NCBI GenBank assembly: GCA_002269645.1
Contig: NIVC01001180.1
Coordinates: 248,001-312,000, forward strand
DNA length: 64,000 bases
Source: Macrostomum lignano
Taxonomy: Eukaryota
Direction: 5' to 3'
The stretch's first letter is position 1; every line of letters begins with the position of its first letter. Of the stretch, positions 12,001-24,229 are shown piece by piece. The notes under the pieces are model-generated. The model saw nothing but the letters and a program-made list of their open reading frames with translations, made no database searches and was not told the DNA's origin. The position numbers and the translations under genes are program-made.

Positions 12001-15000
12001 ACTCGGGCAGCAGGCAGAGCTGCAGAGTAAGGCGGAGCTGCTCAGACACTGGGCTGACAAAGTTCCAGTAGCGGAGCACCAGCCAGCGCAGGGTGGCGAG
12101 GGCCTCCACGCGAACTGCGGTTGGCTCTAGGGCCGCCTGCTGCTGGGACTGCCCGGCTGCTGCTGCCGCTGACCCCGATGGGGTGTCATCATTCTGTGGG
12201 GTTAAGCGATTAGGGCTTGTTATTGACAGACAGACAGACAGACAGAAAGACAGACAGACATACAGACAGACACACACACATACACACAGAGACAGACAGA
12301 CAAACAAATAGACACACACACACACACACAGAGACAGACAGACAAACAAAAAGACACACAGACACACACACACACACACAGACAGACAGACAAACAAATA
12401 GACACACAGACACACACACACACACACACACAGACAGACAGACAAACAAAAAGACACACAGACACACACACACACACACAGACAGACAGACAAACAAATA
12501 GACACACAGACAGACACACAGACGAATAGATCAGCAGCCGACCTGCCAGCCGTCGCCCCTAGGATGCGCCACCCGCAGGCAGTGCTGCACCAGCCAGGAG
12601 GACTCGAACGGCGCAGTTTGCGGTCCCAGCAGAGGCGTGTGAAATCCGGTGAGCATGGGCGAGGCGGCGGGCGAGCGGAGGCAGTCCTGCAGAAGGCAGT
12701 GGGACACCTCGAACGCGGGGCCTTCGAGCGAGGCCAGCTGGCCGAAGCACTGCAGGGCGGCCGATTTCACGTCCGGCGATTCGGACAGGAGAAACGGGGA
12801 GGCCACCTGAGATGACGCCGAAGATTGAAGATTTTAATGAATGGCTGCGAGGGGCATGACAGGAACGTCAATGCACAGCTCCGAAGCTTCAGGCAGGGGA
12901 AGTAGCGGGAATCCCGTCTGAATCCTGACGCCTCAGAGAGAGAAGGCAACGGGAATCCCATTTAAATCCTGAAGCCTCAGGGAGAAGTGGTAACGGGAAT
13001 CCCATCTGAATGCTGAAGCCTCACTGAGAAGAGGTAACGGGAATCCCATCTGAATGCTGAAGCCTCAGTGAGAAGAGGTAACGGGAATCCCATTTAAATC
13101 CTGAAGCCTCAGGGAGAAGTGGTAACGGGAATCCCATCTGAATGCTGAAGCCTCACTGAGAAGAGGTAACGGGAATCCCATCTGAATGCTGAAGCCTCAG
13201 TGAGAAGAGGCAACGGGAATCCCATCTGAATGCTGAAGCCTCAGTGAGAAGAGGCAACGGGAATCCCATCTGAATGCTGAAGCCTCAGTGAGAAGAGGCA
13301 ACGGGAATCACATCTGAATCCTGAAGCCTCAGTGAGAAGAGGCAACGGGAATCCCATCTGAATCTTGAAGCCACAGGCAGGTTGGTCAGCAAGGATCCCG
13401 CTAGTAACTAAATCACGCGACACCGAGTCGGCCTCCCACCTTGAAAATCTTGGTGACGAGGCCCGGGCGCAGTTTCTGGTAGGGCACATTTCCGGCCAGT
13501 TGACCAACGCAGCGCAGCAGCTGGGCCTGAGTTGCCTGGCTCCGCTCGGCTAGCAGAGCCTGCAGAATCTGCCTGTGCATCTCCCGGAGCGAGCCGGCCA
13601 GCCGGGTGGACAGCGGGGTGAAAGCGGTCTTGGGGACGCCGAAATCTTCGGCTAGAAGCAGAAAAGCTTTCGAGCCCTGAAACAGGCTCGCTAATAGGTC
13701 CAATAGGTTGGCGCGAACCTGAAATACAGGCGGTTACTACTTATTAGTAGATGTCACGAAGATTTTGAAGGCCGACTTTTTTAAAGGTAGGTACCTAAGA
13801 AACAAAATTTATGAACTCGACAGTCACGCCTTCTAAAGACGGATTTCTAGTAAAACGAGTCATATATTGCCTAATTTAACAATACAGAATGATTTGGGAC
13901 ACCAGTGGCTGGTTTCTTTACAACAGTTCTTTCGAAAAAGCCGACTATGGCTAACGTAGTAAAATCCCATCCAATGGAATCCCAATCATGGGATTCTCCT
14001 TGGAGAAATCCAATTTGCACCGAAACCCTGGTCAGCAATTAAACTACAAACAATTAAGTCAATTTGCCCCATTACCTCTTAAGCATCACTCCTCTCAGCA
14101 TCATTTCCTCCCAGCATCATTCCCCTCAGCATCATTCCCCCTCAGCATCATTCCCTCTCAGTATTATTCCCTCTCAGCATCATTCACTCTCAGCATCATT
14201 CCCCCGTCAGCATCATTCCCCCCCGTCAGCATCATTCCCCCCCGTCAGCATCATTCCCCCGTCAGCATCATTCCCCCGTCAGCATCATTCCCCCTCAGTA
14301 TCATTCCCCTCAGCATCATTCCCTCTCAGCATCATTCCCCCTCAGTATCATTCCCCTCAGCATCATTCCCCCTCAGTATCATGGCTGGTTTCTTTACAAC
14401 AGTTCTTTCGAAAAAGCCGACTATGGCTAACGTAGTAAAATCCCATCCAATGGAATCCCAATCGTGGGATTCTCCTTGGAGAAATCCAATTTGCACCGAA
14501 ACCCTGGTCAGCAATTAAACTACAAACAATTAAGTCAATTTGCCCCATTACCTCTTAAGCATCACTCCTCCCAGCATCATTCCCCTCAGCATCATTCCCC
14601 CTCAGCATCATTCCCTCTCAGTATCATTCCCTCTCAGTATCATTCCCTCTCAGCATCATTCACTCTCAGCATCATTCCCCCGTCAGCATCATTCCCCCCG
14701 TCAGCATCATTCCCCCGTCAGCATCATTCCCCCGTAGTATCATTCCCCTCAGCATCATTCCCTCTCAGCATCATTCCCCCTCAGTATCATTCCCCTCAGC
14801 ATCATTCCCTCTCAGCATCATTCCCCTCAGCATCATTCCCCCTCAGTATCATTCCCCTCAGCATCATTCCCTCTCAGCATCATTCCCCCTCAGTATCATT
14901 CCCCTCAGCATCATTCCCCCTCAGTATCATTCCCCTCAGCATCATTCCCTCTCAGTATCATTCCCCTCAGCATCATTCCCCTCAGCATCATTCCCCCTCA

Positions 15001-18000
15001 GTATCATTCCCCTCAGCATCATTCCCCCTCAGTATCATTCCCCTCAGCATCATTCCCTCTCAGCATCATTCCCCCTCAGTATCATTCCCCTCAGCATCAT
15101 TCCCTCTCAGCATCATTCCCCCTCAGTATCATTCCCCTCAGCATCATTCCCCCTCAGTATCATTCCCCTCAGCATCATTCCCTCTCAGCATCATTCCCCC
15201 TCAGTATCATTCCCCTCAGCATCATTCCCCCTCAGTATCATTCCCCTCAGCATCATTCCCTCTCAGTATCATTCCCCTCAGCATCATTCCCCTCAGCATC
15301 ATTCCCCCTCAGTATCATTCCCCTCAGCATCATTCCCCCTCAGTATCATTCCCCTCAGCATCATTCCCTCTCAGCATCATTCCCCCTCAGTATCATTCCC
15401 CTCAGCATCATTCCCCTCAGCATCATTCCCCCTCAGCATCATTCCCTCTCAGTATCATTCCCTCTCAGTATCATTCCCTCTCAGCATCATTCACTCTCAG
15501 CATCATTCCCCCGTCAGCATCATTCCCCCCGTCAGCATCATTCCCCCGTCAGCATCATTCCCCCGTAGTATCATTCCCCTCAGCATCATTCCCTCTCAGC
15601 ATCATTCCCCCTCAGTATCATTCCCCTCAGCATCATTCCCTCTCAGCATCATTCCCCTCAGCATCATTCCCCCTCAGTATCATTCCCCTCAGCATCATTC
15701 CCTCTCAGCATCATTCCCCCTCAGTATCATTCCCCTCAGCATCATTCCCCCTCAGTATCATTCCCCTCAGCATCATTCCCTCTCAGTATCATTCCCCTCA
15801 GCATCATTCCCCTCAGCATCATTCCCCCTCAGTATCATTCCCCTCAGCATCATTCCCCCTCAGTATCATTCCCCTCAGCATCATTCCCTCTCAGCATCAT
15901 TCCCCCTCAGTATCATTCCCCTCAGCATCATTCCCTCTCAGCATCATTCCCCCTCAGTATCATTCCCTCAGCATCATTCCCCCTCAGTATCATTCCCCTC
16001 AGCATCATTCCCTCTCAGCATCATTCCCCCTCAGTATCATTCCCCTCAGCATCATTCCCCCTCAGTATCATTCCCCTCAGCATCATTCCCTCTCAGCATC
16101 ATTCACAACGTTACCCTCGAGTTGGGCTCCCGAAGTAGCAGCGCTAGCAGAAACGAGGGCCTTCCGGGATCCGGAAAGAAGGCCAGCCAGTGGCACTGCA
16201 GAGCCCGCTTGTGCAAGGATTCAACCAGTCTTCGAAGACAGGAACCGCTGATGAATCGAACTTTAGCGTCAGCTAGCGAGACAGAGGATGCCGGTTGTTG
16301 GCGCTCTGAAAATTGCGTCAGGTTACAAAAAATTAGGCACCGTCCTAAGTATCCTACTAATAGTAGAAATCAGAAGAAAACTGCAGAGAAAATATTCACC
16401 GTCACGATTAAGCATCAAGTCGGCGAGGTCGGCGTCCCGCAAGTCCAGGCCGCTCAGCCGCTGCTCCAAACTGCCGTTGGCCTCTTCGTCCGAGTCGCCG
16501 CCGTCGCCCCTGGCAACGCAGCGAGCTTTTTTCAGTGGCTTCTTGGATCGGAGACCAGGCACAGTGACGGAGTCGAACTGGTCCAGCTCGGGCTCGTGGG
16601 CGAAAGCGTGCGGACCGGCGCCTGTAGCATCGGCAGAGGCATCGGATGCAGCAGAAGCGGCAGTTGGCGGAGGCAGGCCGTGCCACAGGTAGCGGCGCAG
16701 CTGGTTGAGAAGGCGAGGCAGATCGGCCGGGCGGATTGGAGGCGACCTGAACAATGGGGCGGGTGGCGCGTCACTGGCTGTAGCGATTTACAGGGATTCT
16801 CAGGGTTATCGCGGTGGATTTTCAGATGAGGTTAAGGTCGATTCTCAGGGGCGGTGTAGGGGCGATTCTCAGGGGCGGTGTAGGGGCGATTCTCAGGGGC
16901 GGTGTAGGGGCGATTCTCAGGGGCGGTGTAGGGGCGATTCTCAGTTGTGTAAGGGCGATTCTCAGGGGTGTAAGGGCGATTCTCAGGGGTGTAAGGGCGA
17001 TTCTCAGGGGTGTAAGGGCGATTCTCAGGGGTGTAAGGGCGATTCTCAGGGGTGTAAGGCGATTCTCAGGGGTGAAAGGGCGATTCTCAGGGGTGAAAGG
17101 GTGATTCTCAGGGGTGAAAGGGCGATTATTTGGGGTGGGAGATTAAGAAGCTATTCTCAAGCGGTGAATTAGGCGCGATTCTCAGGGGTGAAAGGGCGAT
17201 TCTCAGGGGTCTAAGGGCGATTCTCAGGGGTGGAATGGCGATTCTCAGGGGTCTAAGGGCGATTCTCAGGGGTCTAAGGGCGATTCTCAGGGGTGGAAGG
17301 GCGATTCTCAGGGGTCTAAGGGCGATTCTCAGGGGTGGAAGGGCGATTCTCAGGGGTGAAAGGGCGATTATTTGGGGTGGGGGATTAAGAAGCTATTCTC
17401 AAGCGGTGAATTAGGGGCAATTCTCAGGATGCGGTGTAGCTGCGATTTCTGCAAACAAAAGTAGCCAACTCACCTGCTTATCAGAAAGGTTAGCAGATGC
17501 AGCAGCAGCTGCAGTACCCGAGCGCTGGGCCTGTCGCTAACCGATTCCAGCAGGGCCAAGCAGCGGGTCAGGAGGGTGGACACCAGGTCGGGCGGCAGGC
17601 AGTCCCGCTGGTCTGTCGGTCTCAGATAGGCCAGATTGGCCAACGCTTGAGCGGCATAGAATTGACAAGCCGACAAATTGTAGTCGTCGCCTTCGCCGGA
17701 CAGCGTCTCGCCTTCGTCTGGGGACGTCGGCCAACGGGACAGCCGGTCAATCAGCCGGCGAATGGTGTCCCGCAGCAGGCCCTGGTGCTGGGCAAATTGG
17801 CCAACATTCAGGCACAGAGCGGCCAGCAGTTGCAGATTGGCGCCGGCCGAGTTCAGATCCTGGCTACTGTTGGACTCAGAGCTGGCCAGCCGGGACAGCA
17901 GATGCCGGACAGTGGCCAAGGTGAGCGGCTCGGCCGGACTGATCTTGTGGCTGATCAGCGCGCCGGCTAGTAGGGCCTGGGATTATTATTTATTATTTTC

Positions 18001-19273
18001 GATACATGTCGGCAATGGCCTCATTAACACGGGCGTTGATAGCCTAAGTTAAGGACTCTACTGTTGTCATCAACTAACATTATTGATGTCCCTGCAAACA
18101 ACTTTTCTATAAAAACCATCTCTTTAGCATTGCCCCTAGGCCACCCTTAGCAACACCCTCAAACCATCCTTAGCAACGCCCTCAAACCATCCTTAGCAAC
18201 ACCCTCAAACCACCCTTAGCAACACCCTCAAACCATCCTTAGCAACGCCCTCAAACCACCCTTAGCAACACCCTCAAACCATCCTTAGCAACACCCTCAA
18301 ACCACCCTTAGCAACACCCTCTAAACATCCTAGCAACGCCCTCAAACCATTCTTAGCAACGCTCTCAACCATTGAAACCACCCTTAGCAACGCCCTGAAA
18401 CCATTCTTAGCAACGCTCTCAACCATTGAAACCACCCTTAGCAACGCCTTAAAACCACTCTTAGCACCGTCCTCAATCCACTTAGATTTACCTGGCTTGC
18501 ATTGGGCTTCCCTTTCTTCTGTATTTCTATCGCATTCCCAGCGCCTACCTGCAGCGGCCCCACCGGGGCCTCATCGCCGGGCTGCAGTCGCGGCAGCAAC
18601 TGCAGCAGAATGGCCACGGCGTCCGGGCTGAGCACCCGCTGCGCCGTCTCGCTGTCCGGCCCCTGCTCGGCCACGGACCGCAGCTCGGCCAGAGCCTGCG
18701 CGCAGTTGGCTCGCCATAAACTTCGGACAGTGGCCGGCGCTCTGTCCGGATCCGGAGGCGAAGTGAGCAGCAACACCAGCTTCTGCACGCACGGGTCCAG
18801 CCGCTGCAAATCAAATGTGTCCAGGCTGGCTGCCGCAGTGGACGGTGGCATCGAAGAGCTGCCGCCGCCGGTGGCCATGTCGCCATTGGCCGATTGGAAG
18901 CCGGGACGCCTACACAACATTAAATGGATAAACTTGCACTTAAATGTACATAGAATCTACAATTTAATGTACATACAATGTACACATACAATGTACATTA
19001 TAGTGAATGTGTACTACAATTTACATACGATACACGCTCGATTGTACTCTACCTCGTTCCACCCTCGCCGGCACCTCTTGGAGGTCGCCGACTGCCTCCA
19101 CCGCCGCCGCGCCACTTGTCTGGCGACGGTGCGCTACATCCGCTTCCAGTTGGCGCCGCAGCAGCACCCGCGCCTGGTCGGCGCCAATTGCTGACGGAAT
19201 CAGCCTGGCTAACCACTCGCTGTTGGCGCGGATTTGGCCCGCCGCTGGCGCCTGCTGACGATTTCGACTCCAT
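9080..19273 (-). CDS. HEATR6: HEAT repeat-containing protein 6 (about 1299 aa, 10 coding exons)
   Basis: Exons joined at GT-AG sites, all in frame (3900 nt total): 19273-19053, 18909-18549, 17976-17474, 16746-16400, 16305-16115, 13718-13440, 12806-12543, 12193-11564, 11232-10798, 9748-9080. HEATR6-like motifs: AKVRF...HWLAFFPD...[34 protein letters not shown]; AAWSLAQ; [13 protein letters not shown]; [10 protein letters not shown]; [12 protein letters not shown]. Confidence 0.9.
10000..10116 (+). mobile_element. Possible degenerate tRNA-derived SINE head inside HEATR6 intron 9
   Basis: Pol III B-box-like GGTTCGATTCC at 10056-10066, directly upstream of the 15-bp array. A-box not convincing. 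Confidence 0.3.
10117..10775. repeat. 15-bp minisatellite (GGGGTCAGGGACCCA) in HEATR6 intron 9
   Basis: About 43 near-identical copies. A GA-rich microsatellite at about 9850-9950 lies in the same intron (9749-10797). Confidence 0.95.
11272..11480. repeat. 25-27-bp minisatellite (GGGGGAGAAAGTACACCGGGTAGAT) in HEATR6 intron 8
   Basis: About 8 tandem copies inside intron 11233-11563. Confidence 0.9.
12225..12522. repeat. Compound (GACA)n/(CA)n microsatellite with higher-order unit in HEATR6 intron 7
   Basis: Fills most of intron 12194-12542. Confidence 0.95.
12905..13368. repeat. 44-bp minisatellite (GGGAATCCCATCTGAATGCTGAAGCCTCAGTGAGAAGAGGCAAC) in HEATR6 intron 6
   Basis: About 10 tandem copies inside intron 12807-13439. 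Confidence 0.95.
13906..16105. repeat. 15-16-bp minisatellite (CAGCATCATTCCCC(C)T) with higher-order duplications in HEATR6 intron 5
   Basis: The array runs about 14075-16105. A block starting TGGCTGGTTTCTTTACAAC occurs at 13906 and 14382 (period 476 bp). A variant signature CACTCTCAGC...CCCGTAG recurs at about 14661 and 15492. Confidence 0.95.
16800..17440. repeat. 21-bp minisatellite (GGGCGATTCTCAGGGGTGTAA and variants) in HEATR6 intron 3
   Basis: About 27 copies in sub-blocks of variants inside intron 16747-17473. Confidence 0.95.
18135..18470. repeat. 23-bp minisatellite (CTTAGCAACACCCTCAAACCACC) in HEATR6 intron 2
   Basis: About 14 copies inside intron 17977-18548. Confidence 0.9.
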
Positions 19274-19303
19274 GAATGCGTTTGGGACGCTTGGGCTTGG
19301 AGA

Positions 19304-19320
19304 CTGGCGTTCAAAATAAT
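19304..19320 (-). promoter_or_regulatory. Splice acceptor 30 nt upstream of the HEATR6 ATG (5'UTR intron or SL trans-splice site)
   Basis: Sense sequence ATTATTTTGAACGCCAG|TCT; AG at 19305-19304, ATG at 19273. Confidence 0.45.
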
Positions 19321-19323
19321 CGC

Positions 19324-19645
19324 CTCTATGCTGCACTGGGAATGACCTATATGCTGCACTGGGAATGGCCTCTATGCTGCACTGGGAATGGCCTCTATGC
19401 TGCACTGGGAATGGCCTCTATGCTGCACTGGGAATGGCCTCTATGCTGCACTGGGAATGGCCTCTATGCTGCACTGGGAATGACCTCTATGCTGCACTGG
19501 GAATGGCCTCTATGCTGCACTGGGAATGGCCTCAATGCTGCACTGGGAATGGCCTCTATGCTGCACTGGGAATGGCCTCTATGCTGCACTGGGAATGGCC
19601 TCTATGCTGCACTGGGAATGGCCTCTATGCTGCACTGGGAATGAC
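19324..19645. repeat. 23-bp minisatellite (GCCTCTATGCTGCACTGGGAATG) upstream of the HEATR6 first acceptor
   Basis: About 14 near-identical copies. Confidence 0.95.
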
Positions 19646-20021
19646 ATCTATATTTCGCTAAGAAATAAAATGCAGCAAACAGATTTATAAAAAAATGGTG
19701 CGCATCGTTATTTATTATTGTCACGTTATGTATAGCGTATTAAATTATTCAACGGCATTAAATGACTTTTGAAATACATTGTTTTAAATTATTTAAAAAA
19801 ACAAAAAGAAACAGTATTATGCGCTATGAAGAGAAAAATTGGTTAAGCAAACGAACATTAAACTGACGAAAGAAATGCAGGTAGGTTTAAATTGTTGTAG
19901 AACACGCTTGCTAGCGTACAATTACTAAAGAAATATATATATGTTTTCAAACCAAATGAGCCTAGCAACTGGCAATTAAATCCTTAGTGGGCTAATCAAG
20001 CGATTGAAGACCAACCTTAAC

Positions 20022-20121
20022 ATTGTCTATGGCTCCACAGACCCCCTATTGGCCATTGGCGGGTTTCGCGCCCGCTGGCTTTGCACTTTAAAATCAATGG
20101 TCACGTTTGGCCATAGACAAT
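20022..20121. promoter_or_regulatory. Candidate promoter module: two CCAAT boxes and an E2F-type site inside a 12-bp inverted repeat
   Basis: ATTGG at 20048 and 20055, TTTCGCGC at 20064-20071, bracketed by ATTGTCTATGGC (20022-20033) and GCCATAGACAAT (20110-20121). About 720-820 bp upstream of the HEATR6 acceptor. Confidence 0.35.
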
Positions 20122-20648
20122 CTCAGCATGCGGTCTTTGAGGCATTTTGATTTGACTGTATAGGTTTTTTTCTTTGCTGGGAAGGCTTCGGGGGATTTCG
20201 TTGTTTCAGGGGCAGCATTTCGATTTCGCTATATAGGCTTCATTTGTTAGGGAGGTTTGGCCATAGAGTGCTACAAGCCATAGGGACCATAGCGAAGAAA
20301 CAATGTTACGCTGTAATGTTCCCTAAGAGATATCTATTAGCTGGTAAAAGTTAAAAATTACTTTTTTTAACTCTAAGATTTCCCTGAAAGAGTTTAGGGG
20401 GCATTTTAGCCACAGATGTAATTTAGATTAGCTATCTATATGTAGTAATTTCTTCATTTATTATAACATCCAATGTCTCCCGAGTTCCATTCCGTTGACA
20501 GCTGATTGCCATAGACAAAATGATCAATCCTACTTTGCAGACCTAAGGTTTATTGAGTTTATAAACATAGAAATGCACCATTATTGATTAAGCGTGAAAA
20601 TAAATTTTTGTGTCAACGTTTCCAATCCATTTTTCGATTATTTATTTT

Positions 20649-23246
20649 CTACGATTTCCTTCCGCGTTTGTTGCCAGCAGCAGCAGCAGCAGACGATGAG
20701 CCGGCGCCAATTGACTTCTTTGGTCGCTTCTTGATTCCACCATCAGCAACTGTCGCCGGCTTCTTAGCTTTCTTGCCGCCGCTACCGCTGCCTCCGTATT
20801 TAGCAGCCAGGCTGTCAATCAGCGACTCCATGGCACCGGCTCGCTGCCGCATGTTCAGCTGGATGGCCTTGGCCAAGCCGTTCTCCTCCTCTGCCTCGTC
20901 TTCCAGCCCGACAATGCCTTTGCCATTGCGCCGCTTCTCCTCGGCGTTGGCTTTGTCGAATTCGCGTCGCTCGCGCTCGTAGGCGCGTTTTCGGCGCGCT
21001 TTCTTAGCGGCCGGCTCAGCTGTGAATGCCTCGAAGGCGGGCACCTCGCCGGAGTCGATCAGTTGGCGAATAATTCCAGCGATGCGGTCTTCGTCGGGAT
21101 AGTCGGCGAACAGCACCGACTCCAGCACTTTGTCCATGTCGCCGTCGAACTCCAGGTAGGCCTGCGGGACAGAGGCACAATGGGAATGGGAAGGAGATTT
21201 TTTTAGGATAATTTTATAATCTGGGGATTGGCAATCCTATAATTCGAGGATTAGACTGAAATCCAAGGATTAGCAATCCTACAATCTGAGGATTAGACTG
21301 AAATCCAAGGATTAGCAATCCTATAATTCGAGGATTAGACTGAAATCCAAGGATTAGCAATCCTAAAACCGGAGGATTAGACTGAAATCCAAGGATTAGC
21401 AATCCTATAATCTGAGGATTAGACTGAAATCCAAGGATTGGCAATCCTATAATTCGAGGATTAGACTGAAATCCAAGGATTAGCAATCCTAAAACCTGAG
21501 GATTAGACTGAAATCCAAGGATTAGCAATCCTAAAATCTGAAGATTAGACTGAAATCCAAGGATTAGCAATCCTACAATCTGAGGATTAGACTGAAATCC
21601 AAGGATTAGCAATCCTATAATCTGAGGATTAGACTGAAATCCAAGGATTAGCAATCCTATAATTTGAGGATTAGACTGAAATCCAAGGATTAGCAATCCT
21701 ATAATCTGAGGATTAGACTGAAATCCAAGGATTAGCATTCCTATAATCTGAGGATCAGACTGAAATCCAAGGATTAGCAATCTTATAATCTGAGGATTAG
21801 ACTGAAATCCAAGGATTAGCAATCCTACAATCTGAGGATTAGACTGAAATCCAAGGATTAGCAATCCTATAATCTGAGGATTAGACTGAAATCCAAGGAT
21901 TAGCAATCCTATAATCTGAGGATCAGACTGAAATCCAAGGATTAGCATTCCTATAATCTGAGGATTAGACTGAAATCCAAGGATTAGCAATCCTATAATC
22001 TGAGGATTAGACTGAAATCCAAGGATTAGCAATCCTAAAACCGGAGGATTAGACTGAAATCCAAGGATTAGCAATCCTATAATCTGAGGATCAGACTGAA
22101 ATCCAAGGATTAGCAATCCTATAATCTGAGGATCAGACTGAAATCCAAGGATTGGCAATCCTATATTTCGAGGATTAGACTGAAATCCAAGGATTAGCAA
22201 TCCTATAATCTGAGGATCAGACTGAAATCCAAGGATTGGCAATCCTATAATCTGAGGATTAGACTGAAATCCAAGGATTAGCAATCCTATAATCTGAGGA
22301 TTAGACTGAAATCCAAGGATTAGCAATCCTATAATCTGAGGATTAGACTGAAATCCAAGGATTAGCAATCCTATAATCTGAAGATTAGACTGAAATCCAA
22401 GGATTAGCAATCCTACAATCTGAGGATTAGACTGAAATCCAAGGATTAGCAATCCTATAATCTGAAGATTAGACTGAAATCCAAGGATTAGCAATCCTAT
22501 AATCTGAGGATTAGACTGAAATCCAAGGATTGGCAATCCTATAATCTGAGGATTAGACTGAAATCCAAGGATTGGCAATCCTATAATTCGAGGATTAGAC
22601 TGAAATCCAAGGATTAGCAATCCTATAATCTGAGGATTAGACTGAAATCCAAGGATTAGCAATCCTATAATCTGAAGATTAGACTGAAATCCAAGGATTA
22701 GCAATCTTATAATCTGAGGATTAGACTGAAATCCAAGGATTAGCAATCCTATAATCTGAGGATTAGACTGAAATCCAAGGATTAGCAATCCTATCATCTG
22801 AAGATTAGACTGAAAATCTCGCAGCCCTAAGCGCTCACCTTCTTAACATCGGCAGTCTCCTTCTCGCTGCCGATGTAGCTGGCCTTGAACTCATTATACC
22901 GTTGCGTGGTGACCCGCGGGAACAACAGTCGCCAATAATCCTCCCAGCGCTGAAACTCCTCGGCCAATTCAACGCCAGAATCGTCGTCAACTTCGCCGGA
23001 CTCGTCGTAGATTCGACGTTTCTCCTCGTCGCCTAACAGCGAGTAGGCCTTGGACAGCACCTGGAATTTCGCCGTGGCATTCGCCTTCTCGTCAACGCGA
23101 TTTGTGTCTGGGTGAAGCTCTAACGACTTTTTATAATAGGCCTTCTTAAGCTGGGCCGGACTGGCAGTGGACTCGCAGCCTAGGATGGCATACAAATCCT
23201 TGGTGCCAAAGTGCTGCTCACACTGGGCAAGAAATCCTGGCGCCAT
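20649..23246 (-). CDS. DNAJC9: DnaJ homolog subfamily C member 9 (306 aa, 2 exons)
   Basis: Exons 23246-22839 and 21161-20649 join in frame. J domain with HPD (SLELHPD). The junction ADVKK|AYLEFDGDMDKVLESVLFADYPDEDRIAGIIRQLIDSGEVPAF matches the DNAJC9 C-terminal region. Sense-strand AATAAA at 20646-20641 and 20554-20549. Confidence 0.95.
21214..22815. repeat. 42-bp minisatellite (GATTAGCAATCCTATAATCTGAGGATTAGACTGAAATCCAAG) filling the DNAJC9 intron
   Basis: About 38 highly similar copies making up roughly 95% of intron 21162-22838. The unit contains internal GGATT/AATCC inverted motifs. Confidence 0.97.
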
Positions 23247-23771
23247 GCAGTGAAATAAAAAATTAGTTGGATCAATGTTAGTAAAATTAGGGTTCCAATC
23301 AATCGAAATAACTAGCTCATATCTTAGAAAAATATGTCTATTATATATTAAAGTTGTTTTGAAATTTCTATAACTTTATAAAAAAACAAAATAAAGCTTT
23401 GCATAGCAACAAAAATCTAGAAAATATATTATGCAACTAGAAAATACTACTATTTAACAATACATGTAAATTTATACATATAAGGACACAATCTATATGA
23501 ACTAATAGTATGTGCAGAAAAAAACCTTTTCAGTTTAGTCACATAGACAATTTTCTTCAATTAGGTCAATGATAGCTATTCATAAGAATAAAGTTCAGAT
23601 AGCAGTATATTAAAAATTTGAATATATTAAATCAAACTTTGGCAAAAATGTTTCTAATTTTTTTATAGTTTTGAAAACCAACTTCTTTTATTTTAGATAA
23701 TAAATGACAAATGCCTTAATATGTGTAGTTACTAAAAATCTGCTCAAATTTAGCATTTCCATGTAGCAAAT

Positions 23772-24130
23772 TTGTTCCTAGACAGTTCATCATCTGCCAC
23801 TTTGTCATCTTAGATTAGGGGTCATCAACAACCTTTTTAGACCAAGGGCCAAATAGCCAAATTTTTCAAGGGCTCAAGGGCCAATAACATAAAGAAGTGA
23901 AAGACCACAGTTGCATCATGTCAGTTTGAACTAACAATTTTTTTCAATTGATGATGATCAAAACCTTAATCTTACCCCAACTATGGTCACTTCTTATTCA
24001 TTTGATTGGTGAATAACAAAGTGACTAAGCTCACTGAGTGCCTTTATTAGTAGATGACAAAGTCACCAATACTAGCTAGTAGATGATAAATTGGTCAAAT
24101 GACAGTGGTAGATGACAGTATCTAGGAACT
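23772..24130. mobile_element. Degenerate MITE with about 30-bp imperfect TIRs, containing a hAT-like fragment
   Basis: GTTCCTAGACAGTTCATCATCTGCCACTTTGTCATC at about 23774 versus the reverse complement of GATGACAGTGGTAGATGACAGTATCTAGGAAC at about 24098-24129. Internal TAGGGGTCATCAACAACC...AAGGGCCAAA resembles hAT MITE ends. Confidence 0.4.
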
Positions 24131-24229
24131 AGCAAAAAAGCTATATGTAACCATATATATCAAAAAGCTTTTGAGTCAAAGGAAGAGACAGTGAGCCAAA
24201 GGAAGAGATATTGCATGCCAAGCAGAGTG

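Noticed and set aside
14464-16251. 595-aa ORF and other long repetitive ORFs (21214-22797, 31409-32194, 32841-33879, 34604-35392, 41474-42322, 42814-43857)
   Set aside because: They are translations of stop-free tandem units lying inside introns or spacers of well-supported genes. No independent start context or domain.
21214-22815. CRISPR-like appearance of the regular 24-45-bp repeats
   Set aside because: Units are head-to-tail with no unique spacers, there are no cas genes, and the context is a spliceosomal intron.
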